In this document: one piece after another, positions 27,838-37,320 of the stretch
Layout: each line of letters starts with the position of its first letter
Position numbering within the stretch: the first letter of the stretch is position 1
Source: a virus
Strand: one strand, 5' to 3'
IMG/VR virus record: IMGVR_UViG_3300042691_044682
Span: 1 to 64,000 of that record
Length of the DNA: 64,000 bases
Notes under the pieces: generated by a model
What the model saw: the letters and a program-made list of their open reading frames with translations, nothing else
The model's database searches: none
What the model was told of the DNA's origin: nothing
Translations under genes and position numbers: made by a program

Positions 27838-28167
27838 ATGAAGACCTTCGCCGATCGCGCCCTCGAGGCGCTGATGGCGCCCGAGAACCAGGGCGTCATG
27901 CAGCGCTTCGAGCGCGCCTTCAACAATGCCGCCGTCGACGCGTTCGGCGACGGCACCGTGGTCCCGGCCGAACTCGTGACCGGCCTGGTCGCGGGTGTCA
28001 TCGTGACGATGTGCCTGAACCTGGCTGCGGCGAACCCGCAGGAGGGTTGCACCGACACCGACACCGCGATCGCGTTCGCCCACGAGGTGGTCCTCGCCGC
28101 CGGCACGCTCCTGAACAATCGGGAGCGCCGCATGGAGGCGGCGCCCGCCACCGTCACCACCCACTGA
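27838..28167 (+). CDS. Hypothetical protein
   Basis: GGAGA RBS. Confidence 0.6.
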   Translation: MKTFADRALEALMAPENQGVMQRFERAFNNAAVDAFGDGTVVPAELVTGLVAGVIVTMCLNLAAANPQEGCTDTDTAIAFAHEVVLAAGTLLNNRERRMEAAPATVTTH

Positions 28168-28199
28168 CCAACGCCCCCGGCCTCGCGCCGGGGGCGCTC

Positions 28200-28677
28200 G
28201 TCCCCACCCGCCGGATCGCCCGGCGGGTCCGTCGAGCCCGCCGGATCGCGGGCGAAGGGACACTCACCATGCACATCGCAGTCTTCATCAAAGAGGCGGG
28301 CTACGACACGGATGGGAACGAGGGCCCGGTAGATGGAGTGATTTCCTGTCTCGACCGGCGCGCGGCCGAAAGCCTCGCGGCGGGCGGACAGGCCTGGATC
28401 GCCCACAAGGACACGATCCTGCTCCCCATCACCGCCGCCCAGTACGACCGCATCCGTGTCGTAGCCGCGCGTGACAAGTCCGATCTCCTGTATTTGGACG
28501 AAGACGCGCCGAGCGACCTCAAAGACGAAATCTACGACCTGGTGGCCAACCACGAAGCCCGCGAGCTGATTGGCTGACCCCTGACCAAGCGCCCCCGGCT
28601 TCGGCCGGGGGCAGTCCCCACCCGCCGGATCGCCCGGCGGGTCCGTCGAGCCCGCCGGATCGCGGGCGAAGGGACAC
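28200..28677 (+). repeat. 64-bp exact direct repeat (28200-28263 and 28614-28677)
   Basis: Identical leader copies flanking gene 28269-28577. Confidence 0.9.
28269..28577 (+). CDS. Hypothetical protein
   Basis: ATG after the repeat leader. Confidence 0.6.
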   Translation: MHIAVFIKEAGYDTDGNEGPVDGVISCLDRRAAESLAAGGQAWIAHKDTILLPITAAQYDRIRVVAARDKSDLLYLDEDAPSDLKDEIYDLVANHEARELIG

Positions 28678-28680
28678 CCG

Positions 28681-28842
28681 ATGAACACCACCATCACCGT
28701 CCTGCAGGCCCTCGGCACCGCCGGCGGCCTGCTCTTCCTGCTGAAGGTCGGCCTGGTCCTCGGAGAAGACATCTCCGAGTGGCTGCACCGCCGCCGCGCC
28801 GCCAGCCGCGCCATCATCACCTACGATTCCCGGAGGCGCTGA
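28681..28842 (+). CDS. Small membrane protein
   Basis: 53 aa after the repeat leader. Confidence 0.5.
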   Translation: MNTTITVLQALGTAGGLLFLLKVGLVLGEDISEWLHRRRAASRAIITYDSRRR

Positions 28843-29096
28843 TGGTCCTGGGCTGGCTCGCCAGCGTCGCGGGCGCCTGCGCCCGCATGACGCTCACCCG
28901 GCCGGATCAGTGGTACCACCCGAGCAACGAGCCGCCCGACACCTCGCGCGGCGTCTGGCTCCAGGGCCCCAGAGGGCTGTCCGCCTTCTGCCTGCCCGAG
29001 GACGCCTGCGCCTCGATCGTGTCGGTGGTCTCGCCCACCGGGTCCATGATCCACCAGGAACGGCACATCGCCGACCTGGCCAACCAGCAGACCTGA
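28842..29096 (+). CDS. Hypothetical protein
   Basis: TGATG-coupled. Confidence 0.45.
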   Translation: MVLGWLASVAGACARMTLTRPDQWYHPSNEPPDTSRGVWLQGPRGLSAFCLPEDACASIVSVVSPTGSMIHQERHIADLANQQT

Positions 29097-29194
29097 CCGA
29101 TGAGCCATGGCCCGCCCAGCGGGCCATGCGCTAACGGAACGCCGCACCCCGCCGGCACCGTCCTTCGAGACGCGGGGTCATGGAGACATCCCCC

Positions 29195-29971
29195 ATGCCC
29201 AACCACGTCACCAGCAAGATCACCGTCTCCGGCCCCGCCGAGGACGTCGCCGCCTTCAAGGCGCTGATGATCCGCGAGGAGCCGACGCTCTACGGCCAGT
29301 TCCACGCTGATCCCGCGCTGCGGGGCCAGCCGACGGGCGAAACCGAGACGATCTTTGACTTCGGCCGCATCATCCCCCGCCCCGAGATTCTCGAGCGGAC
29401 GGAGGAGAGCGGCGATTCCGCCCTCGGGCTCTTTGCCCTCGGCGTGGAGAATTCGGAGACCACTTTCGGCTTCCCCGCCCCGAATCCGCTCACCTATCCG
29501 TGGGTGAAGGATCTCGGCATCGAGACGCGCGAGCAGATGCTCGCATGGCTCGAGAAGGAGCGGCCCGAGGCCATCGCGGCGGCCAAGACCGCCATCGAGG
29601 CCAAGAAGCTGACGGGGCACACAAGCTGGTACCCCTGGTCCATCGCCAACTGGGGCACGAAGTGGAACGCCTACTCGTTCCAGCTTCACGAGGAAGCGCC
29701 GGGACGGCTCGTGTACACGCACGACACCGCCTGGTCCTTCCCCGAGCCCGTCTACGACGCGCTCTCCGAGCGCTTCCCCACCCTCCGGATCTGCATCGCG
29801 TGCTTCGACGAATGCAGCTGCTTTGCCGGCCGCGGGGCTTACAACGCCGGGCCCGACGACCAGCCCTTCGAAATCGTCGACGCGACGGACAGCATCTACG
29901 AGGAGGTCTATGGCCACCCGCCCGAGCGCTTCGACGACGAAGAGCCCGAGGCGGGGCCGGCCACCGCCTGA
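29195..29971 (+). CDS. YubB/DUF1281-like protein
   Basis: MPNHV, FDF..IIP.P, WY.W...NWGTKWNA and TAWS.P motifs. Confidence 0.75.
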   Translation: MPNHVTSKITVSGPAEDVAAFKALMIREEPTLYGQFHADPALRGQPTGETETIFDFGRIIPRPEILERTEESGDSALGLFALGVENSETTFGFPAPNPLTYPWVKDLGIETREQMLAWLEKERPEAIAAAKTAIEAKKLTGHTSWYPWSIANWGTKWNAYSFQLHEEAPGRLVYTHDTAWSFPEPVYDALSERFPTLRICIACFDECSCFAGRGAYNAGPDDQPFEIVDATDSIYEEVYGHPPERFDDEEPEAGPATA

Positions 29972-30069
29972 CCTGCGCCCCCGGCTTCGGCCGGGGGCGT
30001 TCGTCCCTGTCGGCCCGTCCTGGGCCGGCCCGTCGAGCCCCGCCGGATCGCGGGGCGAAGGGACACCAC

Positions 30070-30408
30070 ATGCCCCGCTTCCACGTCACCATCGAGCGCA
30101 AGCGCGCCGAGTACCTGACCGTGCGCGTCACGGCCGAGAACGAGGAGGAGGCCCGCAACCTCGCGCTCAAGCGCGACGGCGAGGGCCGCTACGACCTCCG
30201 CGACTGGGACGCCGGCGACGTGATCGAGGATTCGTCCGTGGTCACGCACGTCGAGCTCCCGAACTACGAGGAGCTCGCCGTGGAACTCGGCTTCGTCCTC
30301 GTCCAGAGCGCTGACAAGCACGGCGACGAGGAGCACCTCTGGGAAAGCCCCAACGGGGTGGACCTCTATCGCACCGCCCGCGAGGCGGTGGAGAGCGCGA
30401 GCGCATGA
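30070..30408 (+). CDS. Hypothetical protein
   Basis: V.AENEEEA motif. Confidence 0.6.
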   Translation: MPRFHVTIERKRAEYLTVRVTAENEEEARNLALKRDGEGRYDLRDWDAGDVIEDSSVVTHVELPNYEELAVELGFVLVQSADKHGDEEHLWESPNGVDLYRTAREAVESASA

Positions 30409-30638
30409 TCGGCTGGCACCCCTGCGAATGGATGCCCGCCATCGGGCGCTCCGCCAAGCGCCGCGCCATCGCCTGGTCCTGCCAGACCGATGCGCGGCTG
30501 CGGGTGCGCCACTGCGGCCATCCGACCGCGCTCCGCCCCTACTACGTCGAGATCGACGGGACGTCGCAGCTCCACGAGCTCGGCACCTTCCGCCTTCTCG
30601 ACGAGGCCCAGGCCGCCGCCATGCGCGCGGTCGGCTGA
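30405..30638 (+). CDS. Hypothetical protein
   Basis: VRHCGHPTALRPYY motif. Confidence 0.65.
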   Translation: MIGWHPCEWMPAIGRSAKRRAIAWSCQTDARLRVRHCGHPTALRPYYVEIDGTSQLHELGTFRLLDEAQAAAMRAVG

Positions 30639-30644
30639 CCGAAC

Positions 30645-30680
30645 CGCCCCGCTGGCTCCGGCCGGCGGGGCGTTTCTCGT
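30645..30680 (+). terminator. Intrinsic terminator
   Basis: CGCCCCGCTGG...CCGGCGGGGCG then TTTCT. Confidence 0.6.
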
Positions 30681-30753
30681 GGCACCTTCATCGATTGCCC
30701 CGGCGCCTGACCCTCCGGGGTTCAGGAATTGTGCATCGGCCGAACCCGCCGCC

Positions 30754-30783
30754 TTGTTTATTCGTGATCCGTAACCATATAAG
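30754..30783 (+). promoter_or_regulatory. Sigma70-like promoter
   Basis: TTGTTT-N17/18-(A)TATAAG in a GC-rich background. Confidence 0.55.
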
Positions 30784-30789
30784 CTTCAC

Positions 30790-31420
30790 GAGGGCAGCCC
30801 AGCCGGGCTGGTACCCTGCTCCCCCATTCAGCAACGTCAGTTTCGGGGGTGAGCAAAGGCCCGCCGCTTCTGCGCTGCGCCGTTTGGGCCGGCGCGCCGG
30901 CCGGGCAGTCCTCGAGGATCCATCCTTCATTCCCGCGTCCCCTCCTCGTGAGGGGCCAGACCGCGAAGACCAGCCGCGCCGGGAGGCGCGGGGGAACGGG
31001 ATCCGGCACGCTGCCCGCACGGCAGCGCTGCCGCCGAGCCTGCCGCGAGTGATGCCGCGGCGGGAGGAATCGGCCCACGCATCCGACCATTCTCCCCGCT
31101 GCTTCAGAGCCATGGGGTCTGGCCTGCTACGATATTCCCGAACGCCGCCCTTCGAGACGGCGCCCCCGAGGCAAGCTCCGCCGATCGGCGCTGACCAGCG
31201 CCACCGGGCGGAAAGCGCCGGCACGGTATGCCGGCCGGCTCGCCCGACGGGGTATTGGACCTGGAGCCCCGGCCGCAAGGCCGGCCCCCTGCTGAAGCGC
31301 ATGGGGGGCAGTAGGACCAATGGAACGCAAAGGTACCGCCGAACGACGCGCCTCCAGCGCGGCGGCCACCATGTGCAGAGAGAAACCCCCCACCGGCACG
31401 GTCCGGTGGGGGGTTTCGTC
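30790..31420 (+). ncRNA. Candidate large structured ncRNA
   Basis: No convincing CDS; long-range closing stem; GNRA-capped hairpins; bounded by promoter and terminator. Confidence 0.5.
31382..31417. terminator. Bidirectional terminator hairpin
   Basis: GAAACCCCCCACCGG-N6-CCGGTGGGGGGTTTC between convergent units. Confidence 0.7.
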
Positions 31421-31423
31421 GTT

Positions 31424-32215
31424 TCAGGGCGTCATCGCCGGCATGAGCTGCAGCTGGTCGGCGAGCAGGTCGAGCGCCTTGGGCACGCCCGCGAAGCGCG
31501 CCCGCCACTCGGCCTGGCGCCGCGGCAGGTCGGCCTGCACCCGCGCGCAGTGCGCCCGCCAGGCGCGCAGGTCGCTCTCGTGCGCCTCGGCCAGCCGCGC
31601 CAGGCGCCGCCCATACTCCTCCGCGCTCTCGTCGTGCCGCTGCGGCGGCGGCTCGCGCTCCGGCGGCGCCGGCGGCAGGCCCGGATAGGGCGCCACCTCA
31701 AGCTCGAACAGCACCAAGTCCAGCAACACGCCCAGCACCGGCCAGCTCAGCCGCCCGGCCAGGAGCGTGATGACCCGCCGTGCGCGCGTCACCCGCGGCG
31801 GCTCGAGCGCCTCATGGTTCCGGCCCGGCGCGCCGACGTCGTAGCGCCCCGACCAGCGCCGCTGCACGCCCGCCCGGGTGGCGTACTCGCGCAGGTCCGC
31901 CGCGGCCTGCAGGCGCCGGCGCAGCACGTCGCCCGTGTCGCCGAGCGCGCCACCAATCAGCAGCACCTCGATCGGACCGGGCAGCGCGGCATAGGCGGGG
32001 CCGAGGAGGGCGTAGATCTTGTCGCGGGCCAGCTGCAGGCCGCCGCGCTGGCGTTGCCGCTCCGGGGTGCCGCGATCGGCGCCCCATTTCTGCAGGATCA
32101 GGCCGGTGTCACGGTCCCGGTAGACCTCGACCTGCTCGCGCCGCCGGGTCGCCTCATGGCGAGTTCCCTTGGCCAGCCGCTTGAACCTGGACTTCCACCG
32201 CTTCGCCAACCGCAT
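31424..32215 (-). CDS. Hypothetical protein (possible late regulator)
   Basis: 263 aa, basic; function suggested only by position. Confidence 0.55.
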   Translation of the reverse strand: MRLAKRWKSRFKRLAKGTRHEATRRREQVEVYRDRDTGLILQKWGADRGTPERQRQRGGLQLARDKIYALLGPAYAALPGPIEVLLIGGALGDTGDVLRRRLQAAADLREYATRAGVQRRWSGRYDVGAPGRNHEALEPPRVTRARRVITLLAGRLSWPVLGVLLDLVLFELEVAPYPGLPPAPPEREPPPQRHDESAEEYGRRLARLAEAHESDLRAWRAHCARVQADLPRRQAEWRARFAGVPKALDLLADQLQLMPAMTP

Positions 32216-32270
32216 CGCGCCTCCGCACAGGCGCCACACTTCTATGTGGTCCGGGCGAGGCTAGGCAAGG

Positions 32271-33002
32271 CTATACGTCGTCGGCCAGCAGCACCATGAG
32301 CGCGACCCGCCCGCGGATCTGGAAACTGTCGCCATCCACGCGCCAGACCTCGCCGCGATAGGGCCACGGCAGCTCGACCCGAACGCGCTGCATCGTGCCC
32401 GAATTGCGGAACACGAGAACCGCGCGCGCCGCCTCCCCCTCGCCCTCCACCGCCACGCTGCGGACGGTGACCTCATGGCGCCCCTCGCGGATCCGGTGCA
32501 CGAGCACCAGGTCGCCATCGCGCAGCGGGCGGGTCATCGAAGCGAAGGCCTGCACGCCGATGTAGCTGCCGGCAGGGTAGATGGCGTTCGCATGGCCATC
32601 GAGCAGAACCGCCGCCTCGTCGGCCGCAAGGCCGGGCGGCAGCGCCAGGTGCTGCGGCGGGGCGATGTCGGCCTCATAGGTCGGCCGCCACATGCCGTCG
32701 GCCGCCGCAACCCGGACCGGCACGGTCGCCGCCTTCACGCCGGTCGCCGGCGTCTCGCCGATGATCTCGGTCACCGTGGCGCCGGGGATTGCGCGCGCCA
32801 GCCGCTCGAGCGTCTCCTGGCTCAGCGTCTTCGAGTGGCCGTTCATGAAGTTGTAGATGGCATTGGCCGAGCGCAGGCCGGCCGCGCGCGCCCAGTCCGC
32901 CGCACGGAGGTCGTGCCGCTGCATGAAGGCCTCGAGGGCGCCGCGGCGGCGTCGGTACAGCCGATCGCCGCCCCGAGGCCCGTCTAATGGCTGCGTCATC
33001 AT
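32271..33002 (-). CDS. CI-like repressor (HTH plus degenerate S24 domain)
   Basis: WARAAGLRSANAIYNFMNG HTH; C-terminal ..IYPAGS..., LRDGDLVLV and IRGRV; divergent from a cro-like gene. Confidence 0.75.
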   Translation of the reverse strand: MMTQPLDGPRGGDRLYRRRRGALEAFMQRHDLRAADWARAAGLRSANAIYNFMNGHSKTLSQETLERLARAIPGATVTEIIGETPATGVKAATVPVRVAAADGMWRPTYEADIAPPQHLALPPGLAADEAAVLLDGHANAIYPAGSYIGVQAFASMTRPLRDGDLVLVHRIREGRHEVTVRSVAVEGEGEAARAVLVFRNSGTMQRVRVELPWPYRGEVWRVDGDSFQIRGRVALMVLLADDV

Positions 33003-33043
33003 AGGACTAGCATCACAGAGTGCTGTGGTTCATATTCCGCCCC

Positions 33044-33298
33044 ATGAATGGCACCCGCATCGAGGCGCTGCTCGACGAGCTCGAGAAGGCAGCTCGCAAG
33101 AAGCGCCTGACGAAGAAGCAGCTCGCCGAGATGGTCGGCCTGCATCAGAACACCCTCCGGAACTTCCGTGGCTACCGCGCTCGGGAGAAGCCCGACGACT
33201 GTCGCTGGACCCCATCGGTCGAGACCATCGCCCGACTGGAGCCCGTCCTGCTGCCACGCCGGGCACGCGACTCCGCGAAACCTCAGGTTTTCACATAA
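33044..33298 (+). CDS. Cro-like HTH protein
   Basis: LTKKQLAEMVGLHQNTLRN...WTPSVETI.RLE. Confidence 0.7.
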   Translation: MNGTRIEALLDELEKAARKKRLTKKQLAEMVGLHQNTLRNFRGYRAREKPDDCRWTPSVETIARLEPVLLPRRARDSAKPQVFT

Positions 33299-33302
33299 CC
33301 CG

Positions 33303-33752
33303 GTGTTCGCGTCCTCTGTCAAGCGAAAGCGCCCCGCCTCACCGGAGCACAAGCTCCAGGCGTCGCTGGTGGCCTGGCATGAACAGTGCGTGGCGCGGAA
33401 CAGCTGCGAGCTCATCGCCATCCCGAATGGCGGCTTCCGCCGCAAGTCCGTGGCCGGGAAGATGAAGGCCGAGGGTCAGCGCAAGGGCGCCACCGACCTC
33501 GTCCTCGCCCTGCCGGAAGGCCGCAGCCTGTGGATCGAGGTGAAGCTCGACGACACCCCCACCACCAAGCGCACGGACCTCTCGGCCGAGCAGCGCGCGT
33601 TCCGGACGAAGATCCTATCCCTGGGGCATTCTCACCGGGTGGTGCGCTCGATCGAGCAGTACCGCGCCGTGATCGAGGAGTTCGGCGTCCCGCACCTCGA
33701 GCGCGCGCCGCTCAGGCGAGCGGGCGAGCCTCGGCGGTCAGCTCCCGAATGA
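33303..33752 (+). CDS. VRR-NUC nuclease
   Basis: EHKLQ, AIPNGG, G..DL, IEVK, LSAEQ and VVRS motifs. Confidence 0.85.
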   Translation: MFASSVKRKRPASPEHKLQASLVAWHEQCVARNSCELIAIPNGGFRRKSVAGKMKAEGQRKGATDLVLALPEGRSLWIEVKLDDTPTTKRTDLSAEQRAFRTKILSLGHSHRVVRSIEQYRAVIEEFGVPHLERAPLRRAGEPRRSAPE

Positions 33753-34059
33753 CGCGGCTGGCCTGGCGGAAGCTCTTCGCCGGCAGCTGACGCAGCTTCT
33801 CGACGAGCTCCCGGATCGCCTGGTCGCGCTCATGGGCCGGCGCCGCTGGCTCCGCGCCCGTCAGCCCCAGCGCCTCGTCGGCCGCCAGCCCCATCGCCTG
33901 GCACGCCCGCGCGAGCTGCTCGGCCGTGATGCGGTCCTCGTCGCGCTCGAACTTCGACCACTGCACGCCGCTCACGCCGATGACGGCGCCCGCCGCCGTC
34001 TGCGTCCACCCCAGCTCGACGCGCCGCCGGCGCAGCGCCGCCGCTATGCGCTCCCGCAT
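33712..34059 (-). CDS. XRE-family HTH protein
   Basis: LRRRRVELGWTQ..AG..IGVS..QWSKFE. Confidence 0.75.
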   Translation of the reverse strand: MRERIAAALRRRRVELGWTQTAAGAVIGVSGVQWSKFERDEDRITAEQLARACQAMGLAADEALGLTGAEPAAPAHERDQAIRELVEKLRQLPAKSFRQASRVIRELTAEARPLA

Positions 34060-34104
34060 GATCCCCCGTCCCACCGATCCGCCATCATCACACGAAGCTG
34101 TGCT

Positions 34105-34659
34105 TCATGCCACTGCCTCGGCCAGCCGCGCCTCGATCTGCGCCACCCGCAGCCGCGCGGCCCCGGCCGCCGGCCCGCCGCTCGCCGCCAGCTTGCGGTA
34201 GTACTCGAGCAGCGCGCCGTCGCTGAGGTGGCCGGACGGTCGCGCCACCTTCGGCCCGGCCGCCTCCCGCTGGCGGGCCGGCGCGATGACCTCCTCCGCG
34301 TAGCGCGCCCGGAAGGCGGCCGCGATCGCGGCGCGCGCCTCCGGCGCCAGGGCATCGACGGGGTCGCGCGGCGGCGCCAGCAGGGGCGCGCCGCCGGCGT
34401 TCGCGATGGCGCGGCTGTGCGCCTGCGCGCGCCAGTCCTCGGCCACCAGGGCGCTGATTTCCTCGACCGAGGGCCAGAAGGCGAAGCGGCGGCAGGCCTC
34501 GCGCTGGAGCCGCTCGCTCAGCGCGGCCGTGGGGACGCTGAGCGCGAAGGCCAGCGCCCCGGCCCGGGCCTTGGCGTCGGCGGCGGTCGGCGGGTTCCGC
34601 ACGGCGGCGGCGAGCGGGCGCAGGAAGCGCAGCCAGTCCTCGATGGCGGCGGGGGTCAT
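34105..34659 (-). CDS. Replication-associated hypothetical protein
   Basis: ATGA-coupled to the initiator; F.FWPSVEEI motif. Confidence 0.6.
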   Translation of the reverse strand: MTPAAIEDWLRFLRPLAAAVRNPPTAADAKARAGALAFALSVPTAALSERLQREACRRFAFWPSVEEISALVAEDWRAQAHSRAIANAGGAPLLAPPRDPVDALAPEARAAIAAAFRARYAEEVIAPARQREAAGPKVARPSGHLSDGALLEYYRKLAASGGPAAGAARLRVAQIEARLAEAVA

Positions 34660-35786
34660 GAGATCCTCCTCGTTGCGAAGGTGACGTCTATCGGCTCGCC
34701 CGGGCCCTCGGCCTCGCGGCGCATGTCGTCCATCAGCCAGTCGAGCTTGCCCGGCCGGTCGCGGTAGACCTCGCCGCCGTGGCGGGTCGTCTCGGTCTTG
34801 TCGGGGAACAGCCCGGTCCAGCCGTTGGCGATGGATTGCTCGATGACGAGGCGCGGGTCCTGGCCCTTGGCGCGAAGGCGGTCGAGGGCCTTGAGCGACA
34901 ACTCGGCCGCCCGCTGCGTCCAGCGCGCCTTGGCGACCTCGGCGCGGTAGCGCGACCAGTCGTCCCAGGCGTCGGCCGGCAGCCAGTCAGGCAGCGCTAC
35001 GGCGATTTCCGGACGCGGCTTCGTGCGCCCCGCTCCCCCCCTGGGGGGGGACCCGTCCGAAGGACGGGGGGGGGATTCTTTCTTCTTCTCTACTACCTTC
35101 TCCTTCTCTATGGCATTTTCCGGCATGGCATCAGCATGGTTCGCGGAGTCCGAGGTTTTCTGCGGCTTTGCGGGAAAATGTAACGCGGCACTGGAAGTTA
35201 CCGGCGGCGTTACAGGCGTTACTGCGGGCGTTACGGTAACGCTGGTAACGGCGTTACGCGTTACACCCTCCGACGGCGTTACAGCCCCCGCCGCCGCACG
35301 ACGGCGCGCCCGCAGCGCCGCCACCCGCTGGCGGGTCTTCTCGCGCCTCTCGTCCTCCTCGCTGACCCGCCCCCACCGCGCCGCCGCACCCGCATGCGCG
35401 CTCCGCCGCCGCGCCGATCGCCGCTCCCACGCATGCAGGACCGCCTCTGCCACGACCGGGTGGTACAGCCGCCCATCCGAGCATCGGACCCAATGTCGCA
35501 GCGCGACCCCCCGCACCTCCGGCCACAGCGCGCCCGCGCCCGAGAGGTGCTGCAGCACCCTGTCATCGTCCGGCAGGCTGCCCGCCGGCACCTGGTTCCA
35601 CGACTTCGCCCACAGCGTCACGCCAGCCTTGAACTCAGCCCCGTTCGCCAGCGCGTAGAAGTCGCTGTCCAGCAGGCGCATCACGTCGAGAGGCATGAAG
35701 CGCAGCCCGCGCAGGTCGGCCTCCGCCGGCACCAGGGGGTCCGGAAGGCCCTCCTCCCCATCCCGCAGGCGGACCACTCTTGCCAT
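34656..35786 (-). CDS. DUF1376-family replication initiator
   Basis: FMPLDV.RL.DS, SW.QVPAGSLPDDD..L, DGRLYHPVV; C-terminal LPDWLP..AW and QSIANGWTGLF. Confidence 0.85.
   Translation of the reverse strand: MARVVRLRDGEEGLPDPLVPAEADLRGLRFMPLDVMRLLDSDFYALANGAEFKAGVTLWAKSWNQVPAGSLPDDDRVLQHLSGAGALWPEVRGVALRHWVRCSDGRLYHPVVAEAVLHAWERRSARRRSAHAGAAARWGRVSEEDERREKTRQRVAALRARRRAAAGAVTPSEGVTRNAVTSVTVTPAVTPVTPPVTSSAALHFPAKPQKTSDSANHADAMPENAIEKEKVVEKKKESPPRPSDGSPPRGGAGRTKPRPEIAVALPDWLPADAWDDWSRYRAEVAKARWTQRAAELSLKALDRLRAKGQDPRLVIEQSIANGWTGLFPDKTETTRHGGEVYRDRPGKLDWLMDDMRREAEGPGEPIDVTFATRRIS
35179..35284. repeat. Iteron cluster / putative replication origin
   Basis: Six GCGTTAC plus three inverted GTAACG copies inside the initiator gene. 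Confidence 0.7.
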
Positions 35787-36038
35787 ACGCCCCTCCGCAC
35801 TTCCTGTGATCCTGAGCGATGCCGCAGCGCGCCCATTCGGCACGCGTGCGCATCAACCACACGGCAGGCTAATCCGCGATATGGTTCGGACGCAAGGCGA
35901 GTCTTTTCTCCTATCGTTCTGTGGTTGTCGGATTGATTTCCTTCCGTAGCATCCCCATATCCACCACATCACCCGTCGCTCGCGCCGGACGCACCGCGGA
36001 TCCGCCGCGGCGCCGCCGCCGCCAGCCGAGGCACCATC

Positions 36039-36581
36039 ATGCCGAAAGCGACCATCACGATCGGCGGCCCCATGAATTCCGAGGGGTTCGCCATGCTTGC
36101 CGCCGCCATGGCCGACGACGGCCTGCCGACGCGCGATCCCGACGACGACGCGGGCCCGGGCCAGCAGCCCACCCTCACCGCCGCCGGCACCGCCGACCCG
36201 GCCTTCTACCGCCAGGCGCTCATCGACGCCCAGGCCGCCAACGAGCCCATCTCGCTCGGCACCTGGGACAACGACGACGACGTCACCGACGCCGGCAAGT
36301 ACACCCTGCGCTGCGCCGACCAGCTCGCCCTGGTCGTGCGCACCTACCAGCCCGGCGGCTTCGATCCCGACTATGGCGAAGACCGCGACGCCTACATCGC
36401 CATCTCAGGACGCCTCGCCCCCGTGCGCGGCTCCGCCTGGATCGGCAGCGACGGCGAGCCGATGCTCCCCATCGCGCGCGCCGACATCGCGTCCTCGGAC
36501 GCATTCAGGGCCCGCTACGACGACGCCAGGAAAGCCTGGGCCGTCATCGACGCCAAGGTCCCGCCGATCGACATCCTCTGA
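36039..36581 (+). CDS. Hypothetical protein
   Basis: RBS; coding-like codon pattern. Confidence 0.65.
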   Translation: MPKATITIGGPMNSEGFAMLAAAMADDGLPTRDPDDDAGPGQQPTLTAAGTADPAFYRQALIDAQAANEPISLGTWDNDDDVTDAGKYTLRCADQLALVVRTYQPGGFDPDYGEDRDAYIAISGRLAPVRGSAWIGSDGEPMLPIARADIASSDAFRARYDDARKAWAVIDAKVPPIDIL

Positions 36582-36664
36582 CCGCAAGCACGGCGCCCCT
36601 CCCGGGGCGCCGGCGCTTGCCGCGGCACTCCCGCCGCGGCCCGTTGAGCAAGAGGAACCACCCC

Positions 36665-37222
36665 ATGCCCGACTGCTTCGTGTGCCCGCTTGGCGGGAAC
36701 GCGAAAGCCATGTCCTTCGCCGAGTTCTTCCGGCGCTTCCCCCACCGCCTCGTCCCCGAGGCATGGGAGGCGCTCGCAATCGCCGCCATGACCGACCAGA
36801 TCATCGAGTTCCGCGACGATCGGCACGACCCCATGAAGGCCGTGTCGACCAACTTCGTCACCACGAACCCGACGGTGCCCGACGGCGCGCCGTACTGGTC
36901 GATATCCGCCAGGACGCTGAAGCTCGCCACCGCGCGCACGCTGCTTCACCAGCCGCAAGCGCGCGTCGTGACGCCGACGAAGCTCCTCACCGACGATCGT
37001 GGTCCGAAGACCACCTATCGCCTCGGCCTGCGTGCCTCGGTGACCGTGGACTCAGACGTCCTCGTCGACGCGCATTCGCCCGACGACGCGATCGCGCTCT
37101 TCGAAGCGTCCCCCGATCGCTACCACGGCGAAGCCATGGACGTGCTCGAGAACTCCTGGGACTGGCACGAGCTGACGCCCATGCAATGGATCGTCGTCTC
37201 CGCCATCCCCACGGACGACTGA
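36665..37222 (+). CDS. Hypothetical protein
   Basis: GAGGA RBS. Confidence 0.6.
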   Translation: MPDCFVCPLGGNAKAMSFAEFFRRFPHRLVPEAWEALAIAAMTDQIIEFRDDRHDPMKAVSTNFVTTNPTVPDGAPYWSISARTLKLATARTLLHQPQARVVTPTKLLTDDRGPKTTYRLGLRASVTVDSDVLVDAHSPDDAIALFEASPDRYHGEAMDVLENSWDWHELTPMQWIVVSAIPTDD

Positions 37223-37320
37223 CATGCCGCATGCCGCCGGCGCCCCGTGCGCCGGCGTGCAAGCCGGCCCGCCCGCTGCCGGGCCTGCCCGTCGTGGCAC
37301 TAGCAGCGCAGGAGACAGCC

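Noticed and set aside
30790-31420. Group II intron, RNase P or tmRNA identity for the structured region
   Set aside because: No domain V, no RNase P P4 signature and no tRNA-like ends were recognised.
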